In this document: in pieces, positions 13,320 to 27,100 of the stretch
How the letters are laid out: each line of letters begins with the position of its first letter
Position numbering within the stretch: the first letter of the stretch is position 1
Assembly (NCBI RefSeq): GCF_964204645.1
Contig: NC_134025.1
Coordinates: 12,896,001 to 12,960,000, forward strand
Length of the DNA: 64,000 nucleotides
Direction: 5' to 3'
DNA from: Tubulanus polymorphus
Lineage: Eukaryota; Animalia; Nemertea
Program-made: the position numbers and the translations under genes
The notes under the pieces: model-generated
The model's input: only the letters and a program-made list of their open reading frames with translations
Databases searched by the model: none
What the model was told of the DNA's origin: nothing

Positions 13320-15864
13320 GAGTCATTCTGCAGATTTTCCAGAACCTGCCCTGAGAGGCCACATGGCTTCTCAGGGCAGGAACCTGCCCTGAGAGGCCAG
13401 TCGTTTGAATCAATAGAAAATGAAAACCCATTCAACAGAGTGAGCTGAAATGGTGGCAAGGTGATCGGGATATTCAGATTCAAACTAAAGTTTTCGATCA
13501 TACAATTGAAGACTACGCTGTATTCTATAGAAATAAATTGAGAAATACAAATGCTTTTAATCATATTAAGCTAAAACAGTTAAAAAGTCAAGACGATAGG
13601 GAAACAAAAGTTACCTAAAATCAAAATATGAATTTTTGTTGAAATATATAAGAAAAAAGAATTAGAATTGGTATTTTTCAGAAACAAATTAAAAAATACT
13701 AATATTTTTCATAGAAATAAAGAAATGAAAAAAAACTTTTCTCTGTGGGAACATTTCTTATCAAAACATCATAAAAAATTTCATCTATAACTTAATGAAG
13801 AAGAAAAATCACAATTATTCTCAGGAATAGAATTTTGCTGCTATGTTAGGTAATTAATGATAACGATGATACAAGTTTTTGTAAAAATTAAATTAAATGA
13901 TTCCAAGCGGCGCTGTTTTTATTTGTAATCTATAATTTATTACGATTAACGTGCTATATGTTTCTTCTAATTTCTTTGCACTTCACTTTCTTGTGTTACA
14001 TTTGCATACGTATTTCTATACATTGTTTGCATCAATAAATATGAATGCACTTGTGTTAAATAACAAGTCCTTATCGCATCGTAATTAAACTGGCTATCGG
14101 CTTGCTCACACATAAATGGGAGGTGACGAAGAGATGAGGAGAGCACGCCGCAATTGCTCATTACGTCAATATAAAACATTCGACACATTTTCTAAACTCA
14201 TTTTGGTAACATGCGTGAGGCCTAGCCTAGATTGCAGCAGTTGAACAGGCCTCTCAGGGCAGGTGATAGGCAGAAGTCAAACTGCAGCAGTTGAACTGGC
14301 CTCTCAGGGCAGGTTGATTTCTGCAGAATGAAACTGGCCTCTCAGGGCAGGTGATATCAGAACTCAAACAGCAGCAGTTAAACTGGCCTCTCAGGGCAGG
14401 TTGATAAGTCAAACTGCAGCATTGGAACAGGCCTCTCAGGGCAGGTGATATCAGAAGTCAAACTGCAGCAGTTGAACTGGCCTCTTAGGGCAGGTTGATA
14501 TCTGCAAAAATGAAAGTGGCCTCTCAGGGCAGGTTGATATCGGAAGTCAAACTGCAGCAGTTGAACTGGCCTCTCAGGGCAGGTGATCTGCAGAACTCAA
14601 ACTGCAGCAGTTAAACTGGCCTCTCAGGGCAGGTGATATCTGCAGAATGAAACTGGCCTCTCAGGGCAGGTTGATTTCTGCAGAATGAATTTAGCCTCGC
14701 AGGGCAGGTTGATTTCTGCAGAATGAAACTGGCCTCTCAGGGCAGGTTGATATCGGAAGTCAAACTGCAGCAGTTGAACTAGACTCTCAGGGCAAGTTGA
14801 TATCTGCAAAATGAAAGTGGCCTCTCAGGGCAGGTTTAATCAGAACTCAAACAGCAGCAGTTGAACTGGCCTCTCAGGGCAGGTGATATCTGCAGAATGA
14901 AACTGGCCTCTCAGGGCAGGTTATATCAGAACTCAAACAGCAGCAGTAAAACTGGCCTCTCAGGGCAGGTTGATTTCTGCAGAATGAAAGTGGCCTCTCA
15001 GGGCAGGTTGATATCTGCAAAAATGAAAGTGGCCTCTCGTTGATTACAGAAGTCAAACTGCAGCAGTTGAACAGGCCTCTCAGGGCAGGTGATATCAGAA
15101 GTCAAACTGCAGCAGTTGAACTGGCCTCTCAGGGCAGGTTGACGACAGTAGACTACGTATATAATTGCACCCACAGGGCTGATCAGATTAGATTCAATTG
15201 CGTATGCCTTATTGCATGTGGCAACTATAATTATGCCATTGTCATTAGATAAAGTATAAAACTGATTAAAGTTGGCCTGCGCTCAGGTAATTAACCTAAC
15301 GAAAAATAATATGACATATGATCAACCAACCCTTACCCCGGAGAAGAAAAATATGATCAGCAGAATTACAATAGAGTTTCTGCGAAAGCAGTAGACAACC
15401 CCGAAAAATTCACTGTTGAATTAGAATATACAGCATATTGAAACGCACTAATATCAGTGGACGACACAAATTGTTTATGTAGGCCTATAGGATATTTGAA
15501 TAATTAAATTAATGCTTTGAAATTTATATAATCACCATAACTTTTCGTCGTCGGTTAACTACATAACTTTTTAAAAATACATTTCTTATTATGAATGAAT
15601 TTTAATTGAAATATTACTTTCGTTTTATTTGTTAAGTGTCGATATATCAATACGTTTAATTTATTTCATTTTAATCCATTTAATTTCATGACTCGATAAT
15701 GTGCATGTCAAACATCGGCGAGATAATTCGCCGTTTCATCAGAATTATAGCAGAGTTTTCCATTTATACTGCTTAATTGCGCCAATGGCCTCTCAGGGCA
15801 GGTTCCTGCCCTGAGAAGCCACATGGCCTCTCAGGGCAGGTCTGCGGATTCTTAAGAATGACCC
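13320..15864. mobile_element. TIR element with ~80-bp inverted ends and internal minisatellite
   Basis: 13320-13400 and 15785-15864 are imperfect reverse complements built from the motif GGCCTCTCAGGGCAGG; no TSD recognised. Confidence 0.7.
14235..15142 (+). repeat. Complex minisatellite with constant core CTGGCCTCTCAGGGCAGG
   Basis: About 20 copies of the core separated by a few recurring linker types (..TCTGCAGAATGAAA.., ..AGAAGTCAAACTGCAGCAGTTGAA..). Confidence 0.92.
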
Positions 15865-18800
15865 TTCTCCGTATTTCGATTCCGAATCCGCGTTTTACTC
15901 TTTACCCCATTTACTGCGGTATATCGTAACAACGTAAGGAAACCATGCAGCAAGATTCATTCAAAGTCACATCTGGCCGAGACGGATCTAGACAGTTTAA
16001 TCGTACGTAAACACCCGAGCCACATTCGTTGTGATATAAGAGAACGGGAGAAAATCTAGAAACTATTCTTAGTCCGATTAGATCAGACTTAATTTTCTTG
16101 TCAATCAATTCAATTCTTTTTATTGATTTTGAGTTCTATGATTTTAGGAAGTGGATATTTTGCCAATGCTGCATTATTTTAGTAAATGCTATTTTGGGTA
16201 AAAGTGCAGATCCGCACCTCTCCGCGCAAACGGTTCAATCAATTACATTGAATAATATGTCAAAGTCGAAACTTTTGGTTGGTGAAGCGCACAGCCAGTC
16301 TTAAGTTTTAAAGAATAAATAGAGGCGAGTGCCCTTCCCAACTCATATAGAAATCTACATTGTAAAAAAAACATAGGTTTTGCGGGGCACCTGTGTTCGG
16401 CGTGGTGCGTGGCCAAAGAAAATCACCCAAAATATCGAAGATCTATTCGAGCGATGATTCGCCGTGATCATATACGTGTATAGAAAAGGAATTCATTTTT
16501 GCGAAAAAAAACCTGCTTTGGGAGTGTTAATTACAAATTGAAAGCCTTGTTTGTTTTATCTTTCATACGACGATAAATCTTATAGAAGGTGCCCGGAGGA
16601 CGTCCCTTTGGTAAACGCGTATATGTGGATACTACGAAGTGTCTTCTTAACCGATTCTGACTAGCTGACAAAGTCAGAAAAAAATGACGTCACTTGACGT
16701 CCAGTTTGAAGTTCATGGGGAAATCGGAAGTAGAATTACGTCACGCTAAAATCCGGCAGCCCATTAACTAAAATAAGGCAATTTATGGATCGGGTTATTT
16801 CAGAATTTATTTATTTCATGAAATTTCGAACAAGTTTGGGTCGATGAATAGTTTGACAATGAACCGCGTTGATCGAACGAGTTCGAAAATAGCTGAAATC
16901 CCCTTAGCAACGGGAGCGAATTCATTATAAACAAACCACGCGCCGGCGCCCGGTTCAGCCATCGCAGGTTCGAATCCCGGAGAATTACGCTCTCGCGCGC
17001 GCGTGCGACAGTCAACCCCAGCCGCAGCGCTGAATAATGTAATCATTTATCAAGTTTAATGACCCTAAAACTGCGATGTGTCGCGTTGTCACGATTTGCT
17101 TAACATTTCAAGGCATCGCTGCGGATCGGCGGCACGGTCTCGCTCCGAGGAGCAGCGACATCGCGGTCGGCAAAAACATTAGTCTCCGCCCCTTCTTTCA
17201 CCAAATAAGGAATTCAGTACCGCTGGCCACGTGCACTATTTATTTTGAGCCGTAGATTCCCGGTACTCTACATTCCCCCGAGAATTAGAGACAAATAAAT
17301 ATTTTTCGCGAGAGAAATCAATTTTTGTATTGACATTTGAATTTTACTGCTGATGATTTATTCGATTTTTTTTCTGGCAGAAAAAAATGCGATCGATTCT
17401 TTTCAACGTGTCTTTCATTTTTTCGTGTCTTCCTTTACTTTTCAAATGGAGCTAATCTCTAAATTAACACCAGGTCAAATTCTTCAATCTTGCAAACCGT
17501 CTCAGTTTCACCATAATGTCGGTTTTCACATTTCGGGGTTTACAAAGTGGTTTATAAACCATTGAAAAATTCCTGATACAAATCGAAATAGTAATCTTTT
17601 TAGCAGTGGTAAACCGACCTACCCCGGGTAGCCAAAGACCAGTTTATATTTAGTTAAGAAATGGGTCAAGTTATTTTCATAGAAAATTGAATTTCATTAG
17701 ATCTACAGATGAAATGAACAGGTTCGTCATAATTTTCCTAATCAAAATATAAGCCAAAATTTTTAATAACCAGAAATTAATCGAACCTTAAAGTTGAAGT
17801 TTCATCTTTCTTTCCCCCACCACTTAACTATATGGCATTAGTTTTCATTTTTCCAAGCTTAACAATAAGAATTGATTTAATTTCTTCAATAATTTAATGC
17901 TTGGGGCCCAAATCTACAGAACAATTTCAACATCGAAATATAATTGATAGACTTTAAGAGTTATAGTAAGAGTTTCTTGGCAGTTTCATTGACAACAATT
18001 AATTTTCTCGGTGTTCCTTTAGTCACTGACTTTATATTGAGTGCTTTTGTTACACTCCGTGAACGAGGTTGTTTTTGAATCGTTATGATTTCTTAATCTT
18101 AGTCGTAAAAATTAAATCAAGCTGCAGTGACAAAGCGTCCGTCACTTAGATTTCATCTATTACATATTATGATATTATATACGCACTTATCTGATATTTT
18201 TTACGAACGGCTTTAATAGTTTTATATGTTTTACACAAGAACTGTGTTCCCAAGTTCTACATTGTAAAAAATGTAGGTTATGCTGAAGGAAGGCACCCGG
18301 TGGCGGGACCACCACCCAAAATATGCTAGATCTTCGAGCGAATCAAGGGACCCGTGATGAAAAAAGAAAAAAAATCATTTTCTGCGAAAAACAACGTGGG
18401 AGTTTGGGAATGTTGATTACATATTGAGAGCCTATTGTTTTATCGATTACACGAAAACAAAATTTTCTGTAGTTAAAGAACGTCAGATTTCTACATTAAA
18501 TCTCATGGCTTCAATAGTTTTATATGTTTTACACTAACGATTTGTTCCTAAGTATTACAACGGGTCGCATGGGTACAGAATTTATGGAACAACGGTATTT
18601 TAAGCACGGATTATTGCATATACGTATTTTACTCGAAGTGGAAAAGGTGAATAACGTTTGAAAAACGGGAGTAAAAAACACATAAAGATACGGTAGGCCT
18701 ATGTTAAAAAACGCACGGCATTTTATTCCCAGGGATTGGCAAAATTTTGAGTTGATTATGCAAAATTTTGAGTTGTTTATTTAGTACTTGTGTGGAGCGG

Positions 18801-19363
18801 GACGGTCATTTTGTAACACGCGGACCGCGCGCGCGTGTTATTCTCCGGGACTCGACCCTTAGTGATGCTGTGAAACCGGCGCGCTTGTTATTCTAAAAAA
18901 TTCGACCCGTTGCTAAGGGACTGTGCTTTTTGTGGGATTCAAATCCAGTCTTCCAATCGGTTTCTACGGAGAAATACGAACTAAAAATAACATTTTTTGA
19001 CAATATTTTGAGGATATTCTTTGTAAATATTCTGAAAATTACACAAAATCTTTTTGTTATCCTTCATTCACGTATTTAAACTACCCGCGCGACGCGGCCC
19101 GCAAGTTTCGCCGAAAGTCCGTCCGTGACCGTCATTTTCGTTGCCGCGATTTAGCCAATGCCCATGTGTCCCGGATGTAAACTACACTTTTTGAGAAGGA
19201 CGGTATGGAGAAATATAGAAAATTTGAATTTGCCTCATACGCGCGATTAACTTAAGGAGTTTCCAGCTCGCGCCTTCGGCGCTCGCTGTGCGCTTATCAT
19301 TGTTTCAGATTCAAAATGTCATCAGTAATTCGGTACATTTCCATTGACATTGGTTAATTTTAA

Positions 19364-19703
19364 CAAAGTGGCTATTTTTACGTCGCCCGTAAGAATTAAC
19401 TTCCAGCTATATTTACGTCCGGGAAGGGATAGGGTTAGGGTAAGGTGAGGCTATATGTAGTTAAAACATTCGGCTGACTGTGAGCGAGCTCGGTGGTCTA
19501 GTGGTATGATACTGCGCTAGTAATATACTGGCCCGGGTTCTAGTCTCTCGATCCGCTCTATTTTTCTCTAACTCTGTTCTCCACACTTTCCTTGAATTTT
19601 CTAAGTCGTGCACCTCTGTACGCATGCGCGTCAATAATTTGCGTACAGACGTAAATATAGCCGGAAGTTAATTCTTACGGGCGACGTAAGAATAGCCACT
19701 TTG
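19364..19703. mobile_element. Mutator-like MITE (~56-bp TIR, 9-bp TSD) carrying TTAGGG-like repeats and a tRNA-like segment
   Basis: TIR CAAAGTGGCTATT(T/C)TTACGTCGCCCGTAAGAATTAACTTCC..; TSD TAATTTTAA at 19355-19363 and 19704-19712. Confidence 0.85.
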
Positions 19704-19761
19704 TAATTTTAATATATCTTCAGTAGAAAGATTTTAGCCTGGATTCTGTCATTCTGCAGAT

Positions 19762-20183
19762 GGGTCATCCTTATTACCGAGATGACATATTTTACCGAGA
19801 TGAAATGAAATTTAGCATATTTATCTATTCCTTATCGATTTTAACACTTCAAATCATGTTATATCAGTAATAAATACCTTCTAGAGTCATATTTTACATA
19901 TTTTTTTATTTGAAAAAATTTTGACTTCAAATACGTAAACTCGGTTAGCAATAAAATTTCATTGAATTTGATTGATCGACGATCTCATCTCGGTAAAGTT
20001 AAAAGTTATTTTTCTACAAAAATATCCGACAAAATATGTAAAATATGACTCCAGCAGGCATTCATTACTAATATAATATGATATCAATTGTTAAAATCGA
20101 TAAGGAATAAATAAATATGTTATATTTGATTTCATCTCGGTTGATCTCGGTAAAATACGTCATCTCGGTAATATGGATGACCG
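19762..20183. mobile_element. Foldback-type MITE
   Basis: Long imperfect inverted arms starting GGGTCATCCTTATTACCGAGATGAC; flanks CTGCAGAT/CTGCGGAT (8 bp, 1 mismatch). Confidence 0.8.
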
Positions 20184-20261
20184 CTGCGGATTGTCAATCA
20201 CGAGAGGTGCGGATCTGCACTTTTACCCTATTTTGCCAATGGCTATATACAAGGCGCCATA

Positions 20262-21612
20262 TATAATATGTCAAAGCCAAAGAACTTGGTGAAGCGCACA
20301 GCCAGATTTAAGTTTTAATGAATAAATAGAGGCGAGCCAGTGCCTCTTCAGTCATAGAATTCTACATTGTAAAAAAAACATAGACGTTTTGTTGAAGGCA
20401 CCTGTATTTGGCGTGGCCTGTGGCCAAAGAAAATTGCCCAAAATATCAAAGATCTATGAGCGATGGTTCGCCGTGATCACTAGAAAAGAATTTCATTTTT
20501 GCGAAAAAACATACTTTGGGAATGTTGATTACAAATTGAAAGCCCGTTTTTGTTATCGTTCTTACGAGATGAATCTTTCTGTGTCGTCAGTACGCCTACA
20601 ATAAATCTTCATGGCTTCCCAAGTTCTACATTGTAAAAAACGTAGCTTGCAACTGGATGGTACCCGGTGTTTGGCGTGACAAAGAAAATCACACAAAATA
20701 TCGTAGATCTTCGAGCGAATTAAGGAACCCGTGATCAAATAAAAAAAAGGAAATTCATTTTCTGCAAAATATGGGAGTTTGGGAATGTCGATTACAAATT
20801 GAGAGCCTATTGTTTTATCGATGATACGATAAAAAATTTTCTGTAGTTAAAAATCGTCAGATTTCTACATTAAATCTCATGGCTTCAATAGTTTTATATG
20901 TTTTACACTAAAAATTTGTTCCTTACTAGTACAACGGGTTGCATGGGTACGGAATTAATGGAACAATGGTATTTTAAATACGGATTGTAGCGTCATGTAG
21001 GCCTATACGAATACTCAACACAGAAAAGGGGAATAACGTTTGAAAAACGGGAGTAAAAGACGCATAAAAAGATAAGATATGTTAAAAACGCACGGCATTT
21101 TACTCCAGGGATTGGCAAAATTTTGAGTTAATCATTCAGTACTTATATTGTAGCGGGACGGTCATTTTGTAACACGCAGTCCGCGCGCGTTATTCTCCGG
21201 GACTCGACCCTAAGCGATGCTTATTATTCTAAAAAATTTGACCTGTTGCTTAGGGACTGTGCTTTTTGTGGGGTTCGAATCCAGTCTTCCAATCGGTTTC
21301 TACGGAGAAATACGAACTGAAAATAAAATTTTTGACATTGTTTTGTGAATATTCTTTGTAAATATTTTGAAGATTTAACAAAATTATCTTGTCATCCTTC
21401 ATTTGTGTATTTAAACTATCCTACGCGGCTCGCAAATTTCGACAGAAAGTCCGTAATTTCCAATTTAGCCAATGCCCATGTGTCCCGGATGTAAACTACA
21501 CTTTTGGAGAAGGGCGGTATGGAGAAATATAGAAAATTTGAATTTGCCTCATACGCACGATTAACTTAAGAAGCTTTCAGCTCGCAGCTCCGGCGCTCGC
21601 TGTGCGCTTATT
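20262..21612 (+). repeat. Diverged direct duplicate of internal segments of the Merlin-like element
   Basis: ~20262-20565 resembles ~16252-16570, and ~20618-21612 resembles ~18250-19297. Confidence 0.85.
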
Positions 21613-22911
21613 AAGAATTTCGTTTCTTGTTGATGATTTGAAAATGATATTAAATGGTAGGCATGGAAACATATTGTTCAAGTTGATTAAGTCCATGAAA
21701 TGGAGTCTCTTTTCTCTGATTCAAATGAGTTAAAGAAGACTTTGGCAATCCTTCAATATAGTGTGAAAATGATGGTTTATTCAGACTGCACAGTTTCACT
21801 GGTCGTATTGAGACCTATAAGAGGGGTCAACTGTGGTATGTAGTTCCTAATTCCTCAGATGAATACCAAGCAATGAGTAATTCGGGCATTCTGATTGATC
21901 AGACATTCAGGATTTGACAGGTCGACAATGATTCAACAGTCAGGCCCTATACATTGCCCACGATCCCGGCACATCTACATAGGTGAAGATCCTCACATCT
22001 ATATAGCCTATGGGCCTAGGGGAATATTTTGGAAGCCGTACATTGCCCACGATCCCAGCACCTACATATAGGGTAATGTTAGCCTATATCAGATCAATAA
22101 TGAATCCCTTTATTTAAGACTTATGCATTTAGAGAAGACTATATTGTTATCAACTAACTGATTTCCGACGACAGAGGCAAAATTATTTTCAAAATTTGAC
22201 AAATATTTCTTTGAAACCCAAGCCGTTGTGCCATCGATCCCGCACGCGAGCTTTTGCTGAACATGCCAGATGCCAGTACTGGGTGAATAAGATATGCGAG
22301 TAATCAAGACTTCTATATAATTTGTAAATATGTAAATATGATAAAAATGTAAATACGTCAACTTTTGGGGCCCCATTTTTATCGCAGATACACATCATCA
22401 GTGGCAGTGATTTACTCGCGGATCGGTGATTGCGCATGGTACATTCGCGTCAGCAACGCAGCTACATATGAATGCAATTCGCGGTGTAGGCCTACGCCAG
22501 TGATCAAGCTGATCGTCTCTACCGCACGCTGATAAAATGCACTACCTCGGGCGGTCGCTTAAAGATTTATCATTCAGCAAGTACGGGAATCAACAAATAA
22601 TAATGATTTGTCTGTTTAAAAGCAATATGTTCCAATTATGCCCAGGATACCTCTTCGCTCTGTGATCCGCTACTGAGAATATTTTAGCCAATGTTTGATT
22701 GATTCATTGTAAGTTACTCTGGGAATAGGTAGCTATAGCGCAAACTTGATAACCAGCCAGTACTAATACTTAATTAACTACCCTATTACACCTATGACCC
22801 CTTGATTTCAACCAATGGAGACTGCGGATTTCTTTGAATGCTTTCTTTATTCTATTGTTCTATAAGCTTATCCTAAAACATTCTGCATTTTTCCAAGTCA
22901 TCAAATAATTC

Positions 22912-23090
22912 ATAAGGGTTTTCTGTTTCTTCACAGAAAACCCTATTGAAATTCGCGTGATTATTAGGGTTTTCTGTTACATCACAGAAAACCCTATTGA
23001 GATTCGCGTGTTTCTTATTATTATTAGGGTTTTCTGTTATTTCACAGAAAACCCTATTGATATCCGCGTGATTATTATTATTATTATTTT
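22912..23090. repeat. Three tandem hairpin units (AGGGTTTTCTGT..CACAGAAAACCCT)
   Basis: Directly visible palindromic units, resembling a triplicated Helentron-type terminal hairpin. Confidence 0.7.
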
Positions 23091-24119
23091 CTTCCACACT
23101 ATTTTTACCAAAAGAACATAGGCTTTGTTACCTTACCGCTGTTTCATATACAATCCATATAATATCGTTCAGCTCGCTGAGATCTACAAATAGCCCGCGT
23201 TTTTTTTCACGAATCATCGTTACAAAAGTGCTGTCGGGCTGTAAACATCGAAAATTTAGCCCCATTCACTGGGGCGACATGTTTTTCGAGTCGTCATCCC
23301 GAAATCAACCCGCAGGCCGACTGTCACTTCGATTATCAATTCAAGTATAAATGAACTTATTTATTGCCGCAGACTTCCTATTCAGTCGCGGTCTTCAAAC
23401 AGTGATTTTAACAATAGCCCATTTTCCTCATCAAATCATATTACCGATACACTGGAAATTTACTACTTTAGATTTTAAAAGCACTGTGGAGCCGTAAACA
23501 TCGACGAATCGACGTGTGTTACTACATCGACGTTCCGGGGATGAGCTGCGAGTTTCTCCTCATCATGAGAATCAAATCGAGTACAAATTAATTTATTACT
23601 ACCAGTGATTTTGCTGCGGGTTTCAAGGAGTTAGTTTAACAATACCTATTTTTCTTTACCGAATTAACCGTGTATTTACTAAGATAAATCTTTAGTGTAC
23701 CGGGGAATCGTAGGCCTAAACTAAACAGGCCGAAGAGATATGGCGGAGAAAAGCTGTTATGTCGACGAGGTATCAAAATAAAAGAATATATTACTTTATT
23801 CGGCCGCGGGCTTCAACCATTTATCAATACTCTATATTTCCTACAGTACATACCGATCATTGTCAAATGCACAAGGTATTTACTAAATACAAGTATATAA
23901 CACACTCCTATCCGTATGCTGGACTCACCCTTGACATTCGGAGTAAGCGTTCGTTGTGGGGGAAAGGAGATCGTTCGCTGTGTCGCTTGAAGTGTTTATC
24001 GAGTTTTACGCGACCTTAAGGCTTTAGTATGGTGGCTGATAAGATAAAAAAACACGAATATGCAAATGAGGGCGACATTACGACAAAACGACAAAACTAA
24101 AATAACGCGAGAAAACAAT

Positions 24120-27100
24120 GATTTTGATTTTGTCGCCCGCGACAATTCATTATTTTGGTTTTGTCACACGCGACAATTCAATATTTTGGTTTTATCGCCC
24201 GCGACAATTCATTATTTTGGTTTTATCGCTTGAGACAATTCATTATTTTGGTTTTGTCGCCCGCGAAAATTCAATATTTTGGTTTTATCGCCCACGACAA
24301 TTCACTACTTTGGTTTTATCGCCAGCGACAATTCATTATTTTGGTTTTGTCGCCCGCGACAATTCTTCTTTTTGGTTTTGTCGCCCGCGACAATTCATTA
24401 TTTTGGTTTTATATTTTGTTTTTGTCGACAATTTTTTTTTGGTTTTCTCGCCCGCGACAATTCAATATTTAGGTTTTATCGCCTGCGACAATTCAATATT
24501 TTGGTTTTATCGCCTGCGATAATTCATTATTTTGGTTTTGTTGCCCGAGACAATTCATTATTTTGGTTTTATCGCCGGCGACAATTCATTATTACGGTTT
24601 TATCGCCCGCGACAATTCATTATTTTGGTTTTATATTTTGTTTTTGTCGCCTGCGACAATTTTTTTTTGGTTTTGTCGCCCGCGACAATTCAATATTTTG
24701 GTTTTATCGCCTGCAACAATTCAATATTTTGGTTTTGTAGCCCGCGGCAGTTCAATATTTTGGTTTTGTCGCCCGCGACAATTCAATATTTTGGTTTTAT
24801 CGCCCGCGACAATTCGTTACTTTGGTTTTATCTCCAGCGACAATTCGTTATTTTGGTTTTGTCGCCCGCGACAATTCTTCTTTTTGGTTTTGTCGCCCGA
24901 GACAATTCATTATTTTTTCTTAATATTTTGTTTTTGTCGTCCGCGACAATTTTTTTTTGGTTTTGTTGCCCGCGACAATTCAATATTTTGGTTTTGTTGC
25001 CCGCGACAATTCAATATTTTGGTTTTGTCGCCCGCGATAATTCATTATTTTGGTTTTATCGCCCGCGACAATTCAATATTTTGGTTTTGTCGCCCGCGAA
25101 AAATTCAATATTTTGGTTTTATCGCCCACGACAATTCATTACTTTGGTTTTATCGCCAGCGACAATTCATTGTTTTGGTTTTGTCGTCGTGACAATTCAT
25201 TATTTTGGTTTTATATTTTGTTTTTGTCACCCGCGACAATTTTTTTTTGGTTTTCTCGCCCGTGACAATTCAATATTTTGGTTTTATCGCCTGCGACAAT
25301 TCAATATTTTGGTTTAGTCGCACGAGACAATTCATTATTTTGGTTTTATCGCCCGCAACAATTCATTATTTTGGTTTTGTCGCCCGCGACAATTCATTAT
25401 TTTGGTTTTGTCGCACGTGACAATTCAATATTTTGTTTTTGTCGCCCGAGACAATTCATTATTTTGGTTTTATCGCCCACGACAATTCATTACTTTGGTT
25501 TTATCGCCAGCAACAATTCATTATTTTGGTTTTATATTTTGTTTTTGTCGCCCGCGACAATTTTTTTTTGGTTTTGTCGCCCGCGACAATTCAATATTTT
25601 GGTTTTATCGCCCACGATAATTCATTATTTTGGTTTTGTCGCCCGAGACAATTCATTATTTTGGTTTTATCGCCCGCGACAATTTTTTTTTTGGTTTTGT
25701 CGCCCGCGACAATTCAATATTTTGGTTTTATCGCCCGCGATTATTCATTATTTTGGTTTTGTCGCCCGCAACAATTCACCATTTTGGTTTTGTCGCCCGC
25801 AACAATTCATTTTTTTGGTTATGTCGCCCGACAATTCTTATTTTGGTTTTTTCGCCCGCGACAATTCATAAGTTCGGTTTTGTCGCCCGCGACAATTCAA
25901 TATTTTGGTTTTGTCGCCCGCGACAATTCAATATTTTGGTTTTATCGCCCACGACAATTCATTACTTTGGTTTTATCTCCAGCGACAATTCATTATTTTG
26001 TATTTGTCGCCCGCGACAATTTTTTTTTGGTTTTGTTGCCCGCGACAATTCATTATTTTGGTTTAATCGCCCGCGACAATTCAATATTTTGGTTTTATCG
26101 CCCGCGATAATTCATTATTTTGGTTTTATCGCCCGCGACAATTCATTATTTTGGTTGTGTCGCCCGAGACAATTCATTATTTTGGTTTTATCACCAGCGA
26201 CAATTCATTATTTTGGTTTTATCGCCCGCGACAATTCATTATTTTGGTTTTGTCGCCCACGAAAATTCACCATTTTGGTTTTGTCCCCTGGACAATTCAC
26301 CATTTTGGTTTTGTCGCCCGCGACAATTCATTATTTTGGTTTTGTCGCCCCGACAATTCTTTTTTTGGTTTTGTCGCCCGCGACAATTCATTAGTTTGGT
26401 TTTATCTCCCGCGACAATTCAATATTTTGGTTTTATTGCCCGCGACAATTCATTACTTTGGTTTTATCTCCAGCGACAATTCATTATTTTGGTTTTGTCG
26501 CCCGCGACAATTCTTCTTTTGGTTTTGTCGCCCGCGACAAATCATTATTTTGGTTTTATCGCCCGCGACAATTCAATATTTTGGTTTTATCGTCCGCGAT
26601 AATTTTGTCCCACGAGACAATTCATTATTTTGGTTTTATCGCCCGCAACAATTCATTATTTTGGTTTTGTCGCCCGCGACAATTCGTTATTTTGGTTTTG
26701 TCGCACGTGACAATTCAATTTTTTTGTTTTTGTCGCCCGAGACAATTCATTATTTTGGTTTTATCGCCCGTGACAATTCATAGTTTGGTTTTATCGCCCC
26801 CGACAATTCATTAGTTTGGTTTTGTCGCCCGCGACAATTCTTTTTCAGTCCACTTGGCACTTAAGTCCCAGCGGGCTATTGCGTTCACTTTGCGTCCGTC
26901 CGTCCATAGACGGAATCCAGTTATTTCGGGAAGTTTTGAAGACGCTTCAAGGTAATGTCTTGATATTTGGTTTATACATGTATCTACCCTAGACACATCG
27001 TCAGCCCAAAAACTGGCCCTGTCAGATTCAAGATGGTCGACTGGCAGCCATTGTTGTTTGCCATAATCAGCACTTTTTAAACATTTTCGAAGTTTTCGTG

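Larger units (their letters stand above)
16197..20227. mobile_element. Non-autonomous Merlin-like DNA transposon (~4.0 kb) hosting nested MITEs
   Basis: Perfect 26-bp TIR GGTAAAAGTGCAGATCCGCACCTCTC and perfect 8-bp TSD CTATTTTG (16189-16196 and 20228-20235). GG termini with an 8-bp TSD are characteristic of Merlin/IS1016. No transposase ORF. Confidence 0.8.

Noticed and set aside
14235-15142. CRISPR-like array (constant repeat with variable spacers)
   Set aside because: Spacers are a few recurring related types, there are no cas genes, and the context is eukaryotic.
19482-19558. Functional tRNA gene (also 29925-30005 and 47169-47240)
   Set aside because: Degenerate stems and boxes, embedded in mobile elements.
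24118-26814. Many long overlapping ORFs (VLSPATIHYFGF.. repeats)
   Set aside because: Artefact of a stop-poor 31-bp satellite; open in all three frames.
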